Shown piece by piece: positions 9,127 through 19,276 of a DNA stretch of 64,000 bases. Each line of letters opens with the position of its first letter. The first letter of the stretch is position 1. Made by a program: the position numbers and the translations under genes. This DNA comes from Tolypothrix carrinoi HA7290-LM1 (lineage in GTDB: Bacteria > Cyanobacteriota > Cyanobacteriia > Cyanobacteriales > Nostocaceae): contig JAHHIK010000006.1 of the NCBI GenBank assembly GCA_019358935.1, positions 71,597-135,596 on the forward strand, given 5' to 3'. The notes beneath the pieces were generated by a model. It searched no databases. It worked only from the letters and a program-made list of their open reading frames with translations, and was not told where the DNA came from.

Positions 9127-10326
9127 CTAGTAGCGTCCGCTTTTAACGTCATTGAGACTGATGCCGTAAAATTGTTGTGCCTGTCTAATCGCTTTTTTGG
9201 TGTCATTCCCCATCACACCGTTGAGAGTACCTTTATAAAAACCTTTTTCATGTAGTCGTCGTTGAATTTCCAAGACATTAAATTCATTGTTGGAACCAGA
9301 GGTAACTAAACTATATAATTTGGCTCTGGTTGTGGGACCGGCTACACCACTTGATGCTAAATAATTAGCGGTTTGAAACCTGCGAACAGCATCTGCGGTA
9401 TAAGGACCGTAGTAGCCATTTGGGTCTCCTTCTAAATATCCGGCTTTAATCAACTGTTCTTGAACAACTCTAACTGCCTCACCGCGATCGCCGATTTGCA
9501 GTTTATCATCATTACTGCGTTTGGGAGTATCTTCTCCATAACCAATGCCACTTGCGGGCAATCTGCGTTGTGTTGCAGGTCCAACAACACCATCAGCATC
9601 TAATTTATAAGCTTGTTGAAAGCGCTTAACAGCTTCTTCAGTAATCGAACCAAATATGCCGGTCGAGTTACCGTAATAATAGCCTGCCACTCGCAACTGT
9701 TCTTGCAAAACTCTCACCTCTTCACCTTCGTCACCTTTAGCGAGTAAGTTGGGATTGCTACGCTTGGTGGCAACTGTAGTTTGAGTGGGTTTTTTCGCTT
9801 GTGTTGTTTGAGTGGGTTTTTTCGCTTGTGTTGTTTGTGGTTTTTTGGCAACTGTAGTTTGAGTGGGTTTTTTCGCTTGTGTTTCTGTGTTAACAACAAC
9901 AGGTTTGTTAGCTTGTCTACCCACAGATGGAGCACGCCAACTCTCTAATTTTTGCATCGTTGTTGCGCTGGCAACGCCATCAACTGGTAAACCAGCAGAT
10001 TTTTGAAAGCGTCTGACAGCATCTTCTGTCGGAAAGTCAAATACTTGACTTACGGGAGCTTGATAAAATCCTGTCCGTTGTAATTGTTGTTGCAAATTCC
10101 TGACAGAAGGTCCTTGATCGCCTCTTTCTAGCGCCAAGGCACTGCTGACAACAGAAAGAACAGATAAGGTGACGGCAAGGGGTAACATATATCCCCAAGC
10201 CTTGCTAGAAAGCCGTTTCCAGTCGGGTGCTGCTGCTTTATTTAATAAACCGCTAAGGGAAACTAATTCACTGGATGGGCTTTCTTCGTAAACAAAAGCT
10301 AAGTGTAAATACGCTAGATTCTCCAT
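9127..10326 (-). CDS. Peptidoglycan-binding domain protein (alr1690-like)
   Basis: Four PG_binding_1-like repeats (e.g. GDxGxxVRxLQ...AVxRFQ...DGVVGP), AKKPTQTT linker repeats; convergent with furA. Confidence 0.85.
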   Translation of the reverse strand: MENLAYLHLAFVYEESPSSELVSLSGLLNKAAAPDWKRLSSKAWGYMLPLAVTLSVLSVVSSALALERGDQGPSVRNLQQQLQRTGFYQAPVSQVFDFPTEDAVRRFQKSAGLPVDGVASATTMQKLESWRAPSVGRQANKPVVVNTETQAKKPTQTTVAKKPQTTQAKKPTQTTQAKKPTQTTVATKRSNPNLLAKGDEGEEVRVLQEQLRVAGYYYGNSTGIFGSITEEAVKRFQQAYKLDADGVVGPATQRRLPASGIGYGEDTPKRSNDDKLQIGDRGEAVRVVQEQLIKAGYLEGDPNGYYGPYTADAVRRFQTANYLASSGVAGPTTRAKLYSLVTSGSNNEFNVLEIQRRLHEKGFYKGTLNGVMGNDTKKAIRQAQQFYGISLNDVKSGRY

Positions 10327-10351
10327 ACTTGTTTCCTACACCTGTATTTCC

Positions 10352-13300
10352 TTATTTTTCTTCAATTGCTGCTTCAGCTTGATGAACTAAGTTTCGCAAA
10401 TTTTCCACTGTTTGTATATTTACATCCTGCCATAAACCGCGCTTATGTGCTTCTAACATTCTCTCAGCAATATCACGCAATGCCCACGGATTCTTTTCTT
10501 GGATAAATTCACAAACTGTGCGATCGCCTAAATAAGCTTCGACAATCCCCTGATACATATGGTCTTCGACGCATTTTGCTGTAGCATCGTAAGCAAATAA
10601 ATAATCCACCGTCGCTGCCATTTCAAATGCTCCTTTATAACCGTGACGCATCATTCCCGCAATCCATTTAGGATTAACTACACGAGAACGATATACCCGT
10701 GCGATTTCTTCTTTCAGGTGACGGACTCGCGGGTTAGCGGGAATAGAATTATCACCAAAATAGGTTTGAGGATTTTTTAAGCGTATCGAACGTACTGCTG
10801 CTGTTAAACCGCCTTGAAATTGATAATAATCATCAGAATCGAGCAGATCGTGTTCGCGGTTATCTTGGTTTTGCAGCACTATTTGCATGTGCTTTAGGCG
10901 TTGCTCAAATGCTTCAGGGTTGGGGAGTGGGGACTGGGGAGTGGGGGAGTGGGGGAGTGGGGGAGTGGGGAGTGAGGAGTTAGGAGTTAGGAGTGAGGAG
11001 TTATTAATTGCTTTGTCTTCTTGTCCTCCTTGTCCACGCCAGTCGCTACAACGGAGGGAACCTCCGCAACGCGCTGGCTCCCCTTGTCCTCCTTGTCCTC
11101 CTTGTCCTCCTTGTCCCGAAGAATAAGCATAGCAACTCCAATTTATGTAAGCACGGGCTAAATCCTCGTCATCTGTCCAATTTTGTGATTCGATTAAGCC
11201 TTGGAGTCCAGCACCGTAAGCACCTGGTTTAGAACCAAAAATCCGGTAACGCGATCGCACTTGCGCTTCTTCTGAAGTTAAACCTTCTGCAATCCAAAAA
11301 TCTGTTTCTTCCTGTACTTGCGCTGCTAGGGGGTTTTGTGCTATAGGTTCATCTAACGCCGCCACTGCTTGCACCGCCGTATCAAATAAATCAATTAAAT
11401 TCGGAAAAGCATCCCGAAAAAAGCCAGAAATTCGCAACGTTACATCTACGCGAGGACGCCCCAAAACCGAAAGGGGCAAAATTTCCAAATCCACCACCCG
11501 CCGCGCCATACCATCCCACACAGGCTGCACACCCAGCAAAGCCAACGCCTCAGCGATATCATCACCGCCAGTCCGCATTGTGGCAGTTCCCCACACAGAT
11601 AATGCCAATGTTTTTGGATACTCCCCATGTTCTTGCGTGTAACATTCAATGAGAGTTTCCGCTGCCTTTCTGCCTATATCCCAAGCCGTTTCTGTGGGAA
11701 TGGCGCGAATATCAATTGAGTAAAAGTTTTTACCTGTGGGCAAGACTTCCGGGCGTCCGCGTGTGGGAGCGCCGGCAGGAGCGCTAGGGACATATCCCCC
11801 ATCAAGTCCGTGTAACAAGTAGACAATTTCTTCGTCTGTTTGTTGGAGAGCAGGAAGAAGACGCGATTGTATCCAGTTTAGGACTGGGGGGAGTGGGGAG
11901 TTGGGAGTGGGGAGTTGGAAGTAGTGGGGTGCAATCAATTGTTCTACCAACTCGGCAGCGTATTCTTCTAATACTTCAACAACATCACCTGCCGTGCGGC
12001 AAGAATTAAGCCTCACGCAAAGACGCGAAGACGCAAAGGAATCTGACTTTGCGTCTTTGCGACTTTGCGTGAGAAAAAACTCTTTTCCCAAATCTGCCGT
12101 GAGGGGGTCGAAATCTAAACCTAAATCTTCAGCTATAGCGCGGGTGAATCCGATATGATGACGATTGGGTGTACGAGCGATCGCTACTATTAAATCTCGC
12201 AACTGACGACCATCAGGACATCGCCCAAAAATGTGCAACCCATCGCGGATTTGAGCCTCTTTTAATTCACAAAGATAACCATCAAGGTGGTTAATTGGTA
12301 ATAGGGAATTGGGAATGGGTAATTGGGAATTGGTGAGCAGTCCGTTGGGCGGCTCTGCCGACTTGAAGGAACTGCGAACCCGGAGGGTAATTGGGAATTG
12401 GTCTTGGCTATTACCTATTACCCATTCTCCATTACCCATTTTCAAATCTTGATGTAAATTTTCTTGAAGAATTAGTTGAGTAATGCGATCGCATATCGTT
12501 GGCAAACGCGAAGGATCTAAACTTTCAGCCTCATAATACTCATCAATCAAATTTTCCAACTGTTGCAAAGAACCATAAAGTTCCGCACGAGTCATCGGCG
12601 GCGTCAGATGATCTATAATCACCGCTTGAGCGCGACGCTTCGCTTGTGAACCCTCACCAGGGTCATTCACAATAAACGGATACAAATGAGGAAGCGCTCC
12701 CAAAGCCACTTCTGGATAACAACTATCCGATAAAGCCACACTTTTACCTGGTAGCCATTCCAGATTTCCATGTTTCCCCACATGAACCACAGCATCAGCA
12801 GCAAAACATGTCCTTACCCAATAATAAAAAGCTAGATAACCATGAGTCGGTTCCAAATCTGGCGCGTGATAATTCAAACTAGGGTCAATATCATAACCCC
12901 GCGCCGGCTGAACACCCACAAAGACATTACCGAACTGAATTCCGGGAATGGGGAAAGGAGGGGGAGAGGGGGGGAGGGGGAGAGGGGGGGAATAATACTT
13001 ACTTTGTTCTTCCTTCTTCGCGTCCTTCTCCTGTCGGAGACGCTGCGCGAACGCGACTTCGCGGTTCGTTTCAAAACCAAAACCCCACCGCTCACCAACA
13101 CCCTGCCTTACACCCTCCGGTAAACCAGCAAAATACTTTTCATACTCCGCCATAGAAACACATTGCTGTACCGGACGCCACTCTTTACCTTCCGGATCGT
13201 TCGTCACCCCACTTGTAAGACGTTGAATCAACTCGTCTCCATCTGCGGGTAGATTTTCTACATGATATCCAGCAGACTGCAAAGCCTTAAGAATTTCCAC

Positions 13301-14533
13301 ACAACTAGCCGGCGTATCGAGTCCCACACCATTAGCAATGCGACCATCGCGGGTGGGATAATTAGCCAAAATTAAAGCTACATGACGTTCTTCCGGTGGT
13401 GTTAAGCGCAGACGCACCCAATTTGCGGCTAAGTCCGCGACAAACGAAATCCGCGAAGCGATCGCTTCATAAACTACCACATCCGTTTGTAAATTCGGAT
13501 TGCGAGTTTGCACAGCCTTAAAAGACACAGCGCGGCTAATAATGCGTCCATCCACTTCAGGTAACGCCACATTCATCGCCATATCGCGGGGTGAAAGTCC
13601 TTGAAACTGCGACTCCCACTGTTCAACAGAACCACCAGAAAGAATAACCTGCAATACCGGCACATCTAATTTTTGCCATAATTCAAGCTGGGGTGTTTCT
13701 GTATCCAACCGCGCCAAAGAAAAACTGGTAGTATTTAGCAGCAGTGCAACTTGTTCTGAATCTTTTGGCTGAAAAAACTCGATTAACTCAGCTTGGACAT
13801 CGCGATCGCGCAACGAAGAAACAAACAAAGGCACAGCTTCTAAATTCCGCTTTGCCAAAGCTTCGCACAAAACATCAATTACCTTGGTATTTCCCGCTAG
13901 ATAATGAGCGCGGTAGAAGATGATGCCAACTTTGGGGAGGGGACGAGTGGGGGAGAGGGGGAGGGGAGGAGTGGGGGAGAGGGAGAGGGGGGAATATAAA
14001 CCGACACGCGGCACTACTTGCGGTAATGGGGGATTAAAAGAAGTTGAAAGGCAAATATCGGTAATATACTTGAGAGCATTGACAATATTTTCTACGCCAC
14101 CTTCGCGGAAGTATTGCCATACTAGGTTTACAGCAGTTACAGTCAAAGTTGAGAAAGTGATTAAATCGGCATCAAGAGCATCGTCTCCTGGCATTACAAT
14201 TAGGGTTGTGCCATTACGCTGGACAATTTCCTGCACTACTTCCAAACCGTAAGACCAGTAGGAGCGTCCTCCTAACAGTCGTAAAATTATTACCTGGGCA
14301 AATTCCAAAACTTGTTCGGCGTATGTGTCAATGTTTATTTGATTCTGTAACTGCAATAAATTGGCGACTCTTAATGCCGGAAACGTTGATGGTAATTTGG
14401 GGAATGCAGCTGCCAAAGTCTGAATATCCGTATCAGCAGCCGTAATAAATACCAAAGGGGCTGGAGTTTGTTCAAAAAAAACTACGCCTTCTGAGTTATT
14501 CCATCCTACAGATGTGGCATTTATTCGATGCAT
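10352..14533 (-). CDS. cobN: Cobaltochelatase subunit CobN with several repeat-derived in-frame insertions
   Basis: MHRI start, ALPEVDGRI, HVGKHGNLEWLPGK, LPTGKNFY, RISGFFRDAFP, NPKWIAGMMRHGYKGA. Confidence 0.95.
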   Translation of the reverse strand: MHRINATSVGWNNSEGVVFFEQTPAPLVFITAADTDIQTLAAAFPKLPSTFPALRVANLLQLQNQINIDTYAEQVLEFAQVIILRLLGGRSYWSYGLEVVQEIVQRNGTTLIVMPGDDALDADLITFSTLTVTAVNLVWQYFREGGVENIVNALKYITDICLSTSFNPPLPQVVPRVGLYSPLSLSPTPPLPLSPTRPLPKVGIIFYRAHYLAGNTKVIDVLCEALAKRNLEAVPLFVSSLRDRDVQAELIEFFQPKDSEQVALLLNTTSFSLARLDTETPQLELWQKLDVPVLQVILSGGSVEQWESQFQGLSPRDMAMNVALPEVDGRIISRAVSFKAVQTRNPNLQTDVVVYEAIASRISFVADLAANWVRLRLTPPEERHVALILANYPTRDGRIANGVGLDTPASCVEILKALQSAGYHVENLPADGDELIQRLTSGVTNDPEGKEWRPVQQCVSMAEYEKYFAGLPEGVRQGVGERWGFGFETNREVAFAQRLRQEKDAKKEEQSKYYSPPLPLPPSPPPFPIPGIQFGNVFVGVQPARGYDIDPSLNYHAPDLEPTHGYLAFYYWVRTCFAADAVVHVGKHGNLEWLPGKSVALSDSCYPEVALGALPHLYPFIVNDPGEGSQAKRRAQAVIIDHLTPPMTRAELYGSLQQLENLIDEYYEAESLDPSRLPTICDRITQLILQENLHQDLKMGNGEWVIGNSQDQFPITLRVRSSFKSAEPPNGLLTNSQLPIPNSLLPINHLDGYLCELKEAQIRDGLHIFGRCPDGRQLRDLIVAIARTPNRHHIGFTRAIAEDLGLDFDPLTADLGKEFFLTQSRKDAKSDSFASSRLCVRLNSCRTAGDVVEVLEEYAAELVEQLIAPHYFQLPTPNSPLPPVLNWIQSRLLPALQQTDEEIVYLLHGLDGGYVPSAPAGAPTRGRPEVLPTGKNFYSIDIRAIPTETAWDIGRKAAETLIECYTQEHGEYPKTLALSVWGTATMRTGGDDIAEALALLGVQPVWDGMARRVVDLEILPLSVLGRPRVDVTLRISGFFRDAFPNLIDLFDTAVQAVAALDEPIAQNPLAAQVQEETDFWIAEGLTSEEAQVRSRYRIFGSKPGAYGAGLQGLIESQNWTDDEDLARAYINWSCYAYSSGQGGQGGQGGQGEPARCGGSLRCSDWRGQGGQEDKAINNSSLLTPNSSLPTPPLPHSPTPQSPLPNPEAFEQRLKHMQIVLQNQDNREHDLLDSDDYYQFQGGLTAAVRSIRLKNPQTYFGDNSIPANPRVRHLKEEIARVYRSRVVNPKWIAGMMRHGYKGAFEMAATVDYLFAYDATAKCVEDHMYQGIVEAYLGDRTVCEFIQEKNPWALRDIAERMLEAHKRGLWQDVNIQTVENLRNLVHQAEAAIEEK

Positions 14534-14617
14534 AATCTTCTATTACCGTTTTAAACTGTTGGTTAGGAAACAAAAAAAACTTTATCGCACAGCATCCAGC
14601 CGTTCTCACTCTAATTT

Positions 14618-16612
14618 TTGAAAATGCTTAGTTCTCCTGATTTGAGCTTTTCTCGAATTTTGCCAATAGATGTATTTAATCAGCTTGGGGAATTGTTGCA
14701 GCAGATGCAACTTGAAGCAGTGGGAAGTGCAGCTTTGGTTCTGACAGAGGCTGTGCTAGCACGGATTATGAGCAAGAGTGAGAGGCAAAAGCAAAAGTTT
14801 ACGTTGGTGGTTTCAGAGCAGTTTAGCGCTCTGTTGGTGGGAAACCAAGAAGAAAACGTAGGAATGTGCGTTGCAGGAAGTTTTCCTGATTTAAATGAAG
14901 TGTCTTTGCCACAAGGGGAAAATCAGATCGAGAGAGAATTTATCCCACTGACTCCGGACGCTACATTATACGCTAGTTTGACGTTTAATTCACAAGCGAT
15001 CGCCGACTTTATCTCCCAACTGAAAGATTTGTTTGCTCATGATTCTCACACTTACCAGCACCTCGAACGCTATCTGCAAATTCCCAGTATTAATGATGCC
15101 ACGCTTCAAGGCAAATTCACGCTGTTGTTATTAGAATATCTGCTGCCGCTACAAAATCAGTTTTTTACAGCCTCAGATACCAACTTTAATCATGTTTCTG
15201 TCTGTCAGCCAATAGAAGATGCCCTGAAAAAACAGATTTCTCAAGAACGATTATTAAATCAGGTGACAACTCAGATCCGCAAAAGCCAGGATTTGCAGGT
15301 AATTATGGCAACAGCGATCGCACAAGTGCGGGAGTTTTTGCAATTAGATAGATTGGTAATCTATAAATTTGATGAATCAGCACTTAAGAGGAGCCAGTCA
15401 AGACTTGCCAAATCAAAGACGCAATCACAGCAAAATTGGCAGCAATATAGAGGTTGTATTGTATATGAAGCGCGTGCTACAGATACTATTCCATCGGTGT
15501 TGAATTATCAAGAAAAAAATTGCTTTGTGCCGCCTTTTGAATGTTGGGAGAAGTATCGCCAAGGCTTTACTTTAGCTGTTGATGATGTAGAAAAAACTTA
15601 TGTTTTGTCAGAGTGTTTGTTGAACTTTTTAAGGAGAAGTAAAGTCCGGGCAAAGTTAGCAGCACCGATTATTTATGAGGATAAACTTTGGGGACTGTTG
15701 ATTGCTAATCAGTGCCATGATTCACATCATTGGACTGAAAGTGAAATAAATTTGCTGACTTCTATAGCTGAACAATTAGCGATCGCTATTTATCAATCTG
15801 AGTTAATGCGATCGCTGACTGAAGAAAAACAAACTCTGGAACACCGAGTAATTGAGCGGACAATGGCGCTACGCGAAGCTTTAGTTGCTGCTGAAGCCGC
15901 TAGCCGCCTGAAAAGTGAATTTCTCGCGACTATCAGCCATGAATTGCTCACTCCTTTAACTTATGTAATCGGTATGTCTTCGACTTTGTTACGCTGGCCC
16001 ATAGGAGAATTAAGTCAGCGTCAACGAGACTATCTACAAACAATCCACGACAGTGGAGAACATTTATTAGAAATGATAAATGACATCCTCGATTTATCGC
16101 AAATAGAGGCAGGAAAAGCAGTTTTAAATATTTCGGAATTTTCTTTAACGAATATAGCTCAAAGAACTGTAGAATCGTTGCAAGAAAAAGCGATAAGCGA
16201 GCAGATACAATTTAAACTAGATTTACAAATCGATTGCCAACGCGATCGCTTTACCGCCGATGTATCGCGAGTAGAACAAATTCTCTGGAATCTGTCAAGT
16301 AATGCCATCAAATTTACCCCAGAAGGTGGTAATGTAACTTTACGTCTTTGGGTAGAAGACGACAACGCCATCTTTCAAGTAGAAGATACTGGTATTGGCA
16401 TTCCCGAAGAGCAATTGCCATTACTATTTGAAAAATTTCAACAACTAGATACACCACTACGCCGTCGCTATGAAGGCACCGGCGTTGGTTTGGCATTAAC
16501 CAAACAACTCATAGAACTGCATCGCGGTCGAATTGAAGTAGAATCAACGGTAGCCATTGGCTCAATTTTTACCGTCTGGATACCGCAACAACCGATGAAA
16601 GTGGGGAGTTAG
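14618..16612 (+). CDS. cikA: CikA-like GAF sensor histidine kinase lacking a C-terminal pseudo-receiver
   Basis: CikA-type N-terminus, GAF (DRLVIYKF, LWGLLIANQC), H-box SHELLTPL, HATPase; divergent from cobN; start may be ATG 14624. Confidence 0.8.
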   Translation: MKMLSSPDLSFSRILPIDVFNQLGELLQQMQLEAVGSAALVLTEAVLARIMSKSERQKQKFTLVVSEQFSALLVGNQEENVGMCVAGSFPDLNEVSLPQGENQIEREFIPLTPDATLYASLTFNSQAIADFISQLKDLFAHDSHTYQHLERYLQIPSINDATLQGKFTLLLLEYLLPLQNQFFTASDTNFNHVSVCQPIEDALKKQISQERLLNQVTTQIRKSQDLQVIMATAIAQVREFLQLDRLVIYKFDESALKRSQSRLAKSKTQSQQNWQQYRGCIVYEARATDTIPSVLNYQEKNCFVPPFECWEKYRQGFTLAVDDVEKTYVLSECLLNFLRRSKVRAKLAAPIIYEDKLWGLLIANQCHDSHHWTESEINLLTSIAEQLAIAIYQSELMRSLTEEKQTLEHRVIERTMALREALVAAEAASRLKSEFLATISHELLTPLTYVIGMSSTLLRWPIGELSQRQRDYLQTIHDSGEHLLEMINDILDLSQIEAGKAVLNISEFSLTNIAQRTVESLQEKAISEQIQFKLDLQIDCQRDRFTADVSRVEQILWNLSSNAIKFTPEGGNVTLRLWVEDDNAIFQVEDTGIGIPEEQLPLLFEKFQQLDTPLRRRYEGTGVGLALTKQLIELHRGRIEVESTVAIGSIFTVWIPQQPMKVGS

Positions 16613-16779
16613 AAGTTAGGAGTTAGGAGTTAAGAGTTAGAAGTTAGGAGTTAAGAGTTAGGAGTTAAAAGTTAGGAGTTAGTGTTAATTCTCCCCCTCA
16701 TCCCCCTCATCCCCCTCATCCCCCTCATCCCCCTCATCCCCCTTGTCTCCCCATCCCCCCATCCCCCCATCCCTCCTCC
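16601..16779. repeat. STRR (GGAGTTA-like)n and (CCCCTCATC)n tandem repeats
   Basis: Seen directly. Confidence 0.9.
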
Positions 16780-17460
16780 ATGTCAATAGAAACCCTACGC
16801 CACGGATTAATTGTCTCCTGCCAAGCGCCTGTTGATTCGCCACTGCATGAACCAAGAGTAATTGCAGCGATCGCGCAAGCAGCTGTGAATAACGGTGCGA
16901 TTGGCGTAAGAATCGATACCCCAGCACACATCAGCGCCGTGCGCGAACAAGTGAAAGTGCCAATTATTGGGCTATGGAAGCAAGTTATAGCAGGAACTGA
17001 AGTATACATTACGCCACAGTTTCATCATGCGTCTGCGGTGGCGAAAGCGGGAGCGGATATTATAGCGATTGATGCGACTACGAGAAATCGCCCTGAGGGT
17101 GAAACAGTAAGCGATATCATTGCTCGGATTCATCAGGAATTAGGCAAATTAGTAATGGCAGATGTAGATACAATCGAGGCGGCTGTTTTAGCTACAAAAG
17201 CTGGTGCTGACATTGTAGGGACAACGCTTTTTGGATACACTGCTGCAACTAAGCATCTTGCTCCCCCCGGTTGGGAACTCCTGAAGCAGATGGTAGAATT
17301 AGACATTCCCGCGATTTGTGAAGGTGGCATTTCCTCACCTCAGATGGCGCGTCAAGCTTTAGATTTAGGGGCATACGCAGTAGTCGTAGGTACTGCGATT
17401 ACCGGGATAGATTTGCAAGTTAAAGCGTATATCAGACAACTGACGTATTGCGATGCTTAA
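16780..17460 (+). CDS. nanE: N-acetylmannosamine-6-phosphate 2-epimerase
   Basis: GLIVSCQA, VPIIGLWK, VYITP, GTTLFGYT, EGGI, VVGTAIT. Confidence 0.92.
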   Translation: MSIETLRHGLIVSCQAPVDSPLHEPRVIAAIAQAAVNNGAIGVRIDTPAHISAVREQVKVPIIGLWKQVIAGTEVYITPQFHHASAVAKAGADIIAIDATTRNRPEGETVSDIIARIHQELGKLVMADVDTIEAAVLATKAGADIVGTTLFGYTAATKHLAPPGWELLKQMVELDIPAICEGGISSPQMARQALDLGAYAVVVGTAITGIDLQVKAYIRQLTYCDA

Positions 17461-17531
17461 AATTTGGAACAAAAGCCTCAAACTTTCTCAAGAACTCTCC
17501 CTCTGGAGCCTCAACGATAAAATTAAAAGCC

Positions 17532-18785
17532 TTACAGCTTATTAGCTATCAACTTAGCATAGCTTTCTGGACCAAATACTCCATCTGGCTCCAGTAAATT
17601 ATCTCTCTGAAATTTTTCAACAGCTGATTTTGTTAATGACCCAAAGTTGCCATCTGTTTTACCAACTTTATATCCTTTATCTTTTAGTTTTTGTTGAAGT
17701 TCTTGAACATCAGACCCTATATTGCCATATTGGAGATAAACTAAATTGGCATAGTTTTTGCTTTTCAGGAAGTTTGCTAAAGCTTGATTATTTGCTTTCA
17801 AACCTTCAAAAAAGAATAGGATTTCGCCACGAATTCCAGAACGACGATTGTGGCGAATAGATTCCCACAAGGTATCAGGAGTAATTTGATAGTTGCCAGA
17901 GCGAATTAAAATGCCTGGTGATATTTTAGATAGGTTTTTTTGTTGAAAACGATCCACAACATTATCAACAAACCCTTTGTATGCGTCTAAACCCTGTGTA
18001 TATAGCTGAGGATGAATTAAATCGACAATTTGACGATTTATCCAAGTAGGTACATCTTGTAAATATTCATTAAACCCAAAAGGATAAGAACTAGGAGACA
18101 TAGAAACAATCAGGTTTGGATTAATCTTTTTGACTTCTCGATATAACTTTGCCAAAAAGTCATTCAAAATATTTGCTCGCCATTCAAGCCAAGGACGATT
18201 TTTGAAGTCTAAGGGTGGCTCTTCTCCAAATTGATTGCGATACAATACTTTAGTTTTATTGTCATAGCCTCCTTCTGAAGGCATGGCTGGTAAGCGATCG
18301 TCTCCTTGCACCCCGGCTATTTGATAATTTTTTGCTACCTCTAAAAAGAGATTTAACAAAAAATTTTGAACTTCTGGATCGAGGGAATTCATCCAGACTA
18401 TATCATTTTTGATGAGGCGTTGTTGCTTTTTATCTTTACCTTCCCATTCAGGTTTTTTCTCGATGATATGCCCGCCATTGTTTTTATAGGCAGCAGCAAA
18501 ACCATATTCAAACCAAGGAATTACCTCTAGTCCTAATGGTGTGGCTGCTTCAATCACTTCAGAAAGAATATCTCTCTTTGTAAAGGCAGGTAAAATTTCT
18601 ACTCCAAAGTTCTTTTTTAAAGTAGCACTTGGATAAAGAGTGTAACCATTATTCCAAACCACTGGAAAGACTGTATTAAATCCAGTGTCTGCTAAGAGTT
18701 TCATTGCCTCAACGATATTTGCTTTGGAACTCAAGACATTACTAGCAGCAGTGGTTAACCAAACACCACGAATTTTTTTCATCAT
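17532..18785 (-). CDS. GHL10-family glycoside hydrolase with C-terminal peptidoglycan-binding domain
   Basis: IRGVWLT, GFNTVFPVVW, WFEYG, GVQGDD; C-terminal LQQKLK...DGNFG...FQ...DGVFG. Confidence 0.85.
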   Translation of the reverse strand: MMKKIRGVWLTTAASNVLSSKANIVEAMKLLADTGFNTVFPVVWNNGYTLYPSATLKKNFGVEILPAFTKRDILSEVIEAATPLGLEVIPWFEYGFAAAYKNNGGHIIEKKPEWEGKDKKQQRLIKNDIVWMNSLDPEVQNFLLNLFLEVAKNYQIAGVQGDDRLPAMPSEGGYDNKTKVLYRNQFGEEPPLDFKNRPWLEWRANILNDFLAKLYREVKKINPNLIVSMSPSSYPFGFNEYLQDVPTWINRQIVDLIHPQLYTQGLDAYKGFVDNVVDRFQQKNLSKISPGILIRSGNYQITPDTLWESIRHNRRSGIRGEILFFFEGLKANNQALANFLKSKNYANLVYLQYGNIGSDVQELQQKLKDKGYKVGKTDGNFGSLTKSAVEKFQRDNLLEPDGVFGPESYAKLIANKL

Positions 18786-18905
18786 CTTTCTCTAATTTTT
18801 GATTTCGCCTTACAGAAACTATCTTCTCCGATTTGGGACTCCTTTTTACGCTTGGTGTACTAAGTACAGCATTTCATTAATACGATCGCGAATTAAAGAA
18901 CCCCT

Positions 18906-19094
18906 CTCCAAACCTCTCACGCCAGGTGCTACAACGGGGGGAACCCCCGCAACGCACTGGCTCCCCGAAGCGGGGAGAGGCTAACAACGCATATTCTTTT
19001 CTCCAAACCTCTCACGCCAGGTGCTACAACGGGGGGAACCCCCGCAACGCACTGGCTCCCCGAAGGGGGGAGAGGCTAACAACGCATATTCTTT
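18906..19094. repeat. Two tandem ~95-bp direct repeats, each carrying an SDR-like element inside a larger palindromic repeat
   Basis: ctccaaacctctcacgccaggtgctacaacgggggg...ctaacaacgcatattcttt starts at 18906 and again at 19001. Confidence 0.85.
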
Positions 19095-19202
19095 CGTACC
19101 AAGTTGTAGATTTTTGCCCCTTCCTTTCAAGGGAAGGGGTTGGGGTTAGGTTCCGTCGAACTCACATTAAAGAAAGGCACTCAAGAGTGCAATGCCAATG
19201 CA

Positions 19203-19259
19203 TCCCCCCTTGTCCCCCTCGTCCCCCTTGTCCCCCTTGTCCCCCTTGTCCCCCTTGTC
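19203..19259. repeat. (CCCCTTGTC)n 9-mer tandem repeat
   Basis: Seen directly. Confidence 0.9.
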
Positions 19260-19276
19260 TAATTTCTCAGCTTGGT

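Noticed and set aside
14534..14617. Cobalamin riboswitch upstream of cobN
   Set aside because: Only 84 bp of divergent intergenic space and no B12-box motif
16780..17460. nanE as sign of a sialic acid catabolic island
   Set aside because: No nanA, nanK or nanT nearby; stand-alone nanE is common in cyanobacteria
18906..19094. Possible mini CRISPR array
   Set aside because: Two contiguous ~95-bp copies with no unique spacer, built from dispersed repeats; no cas genes
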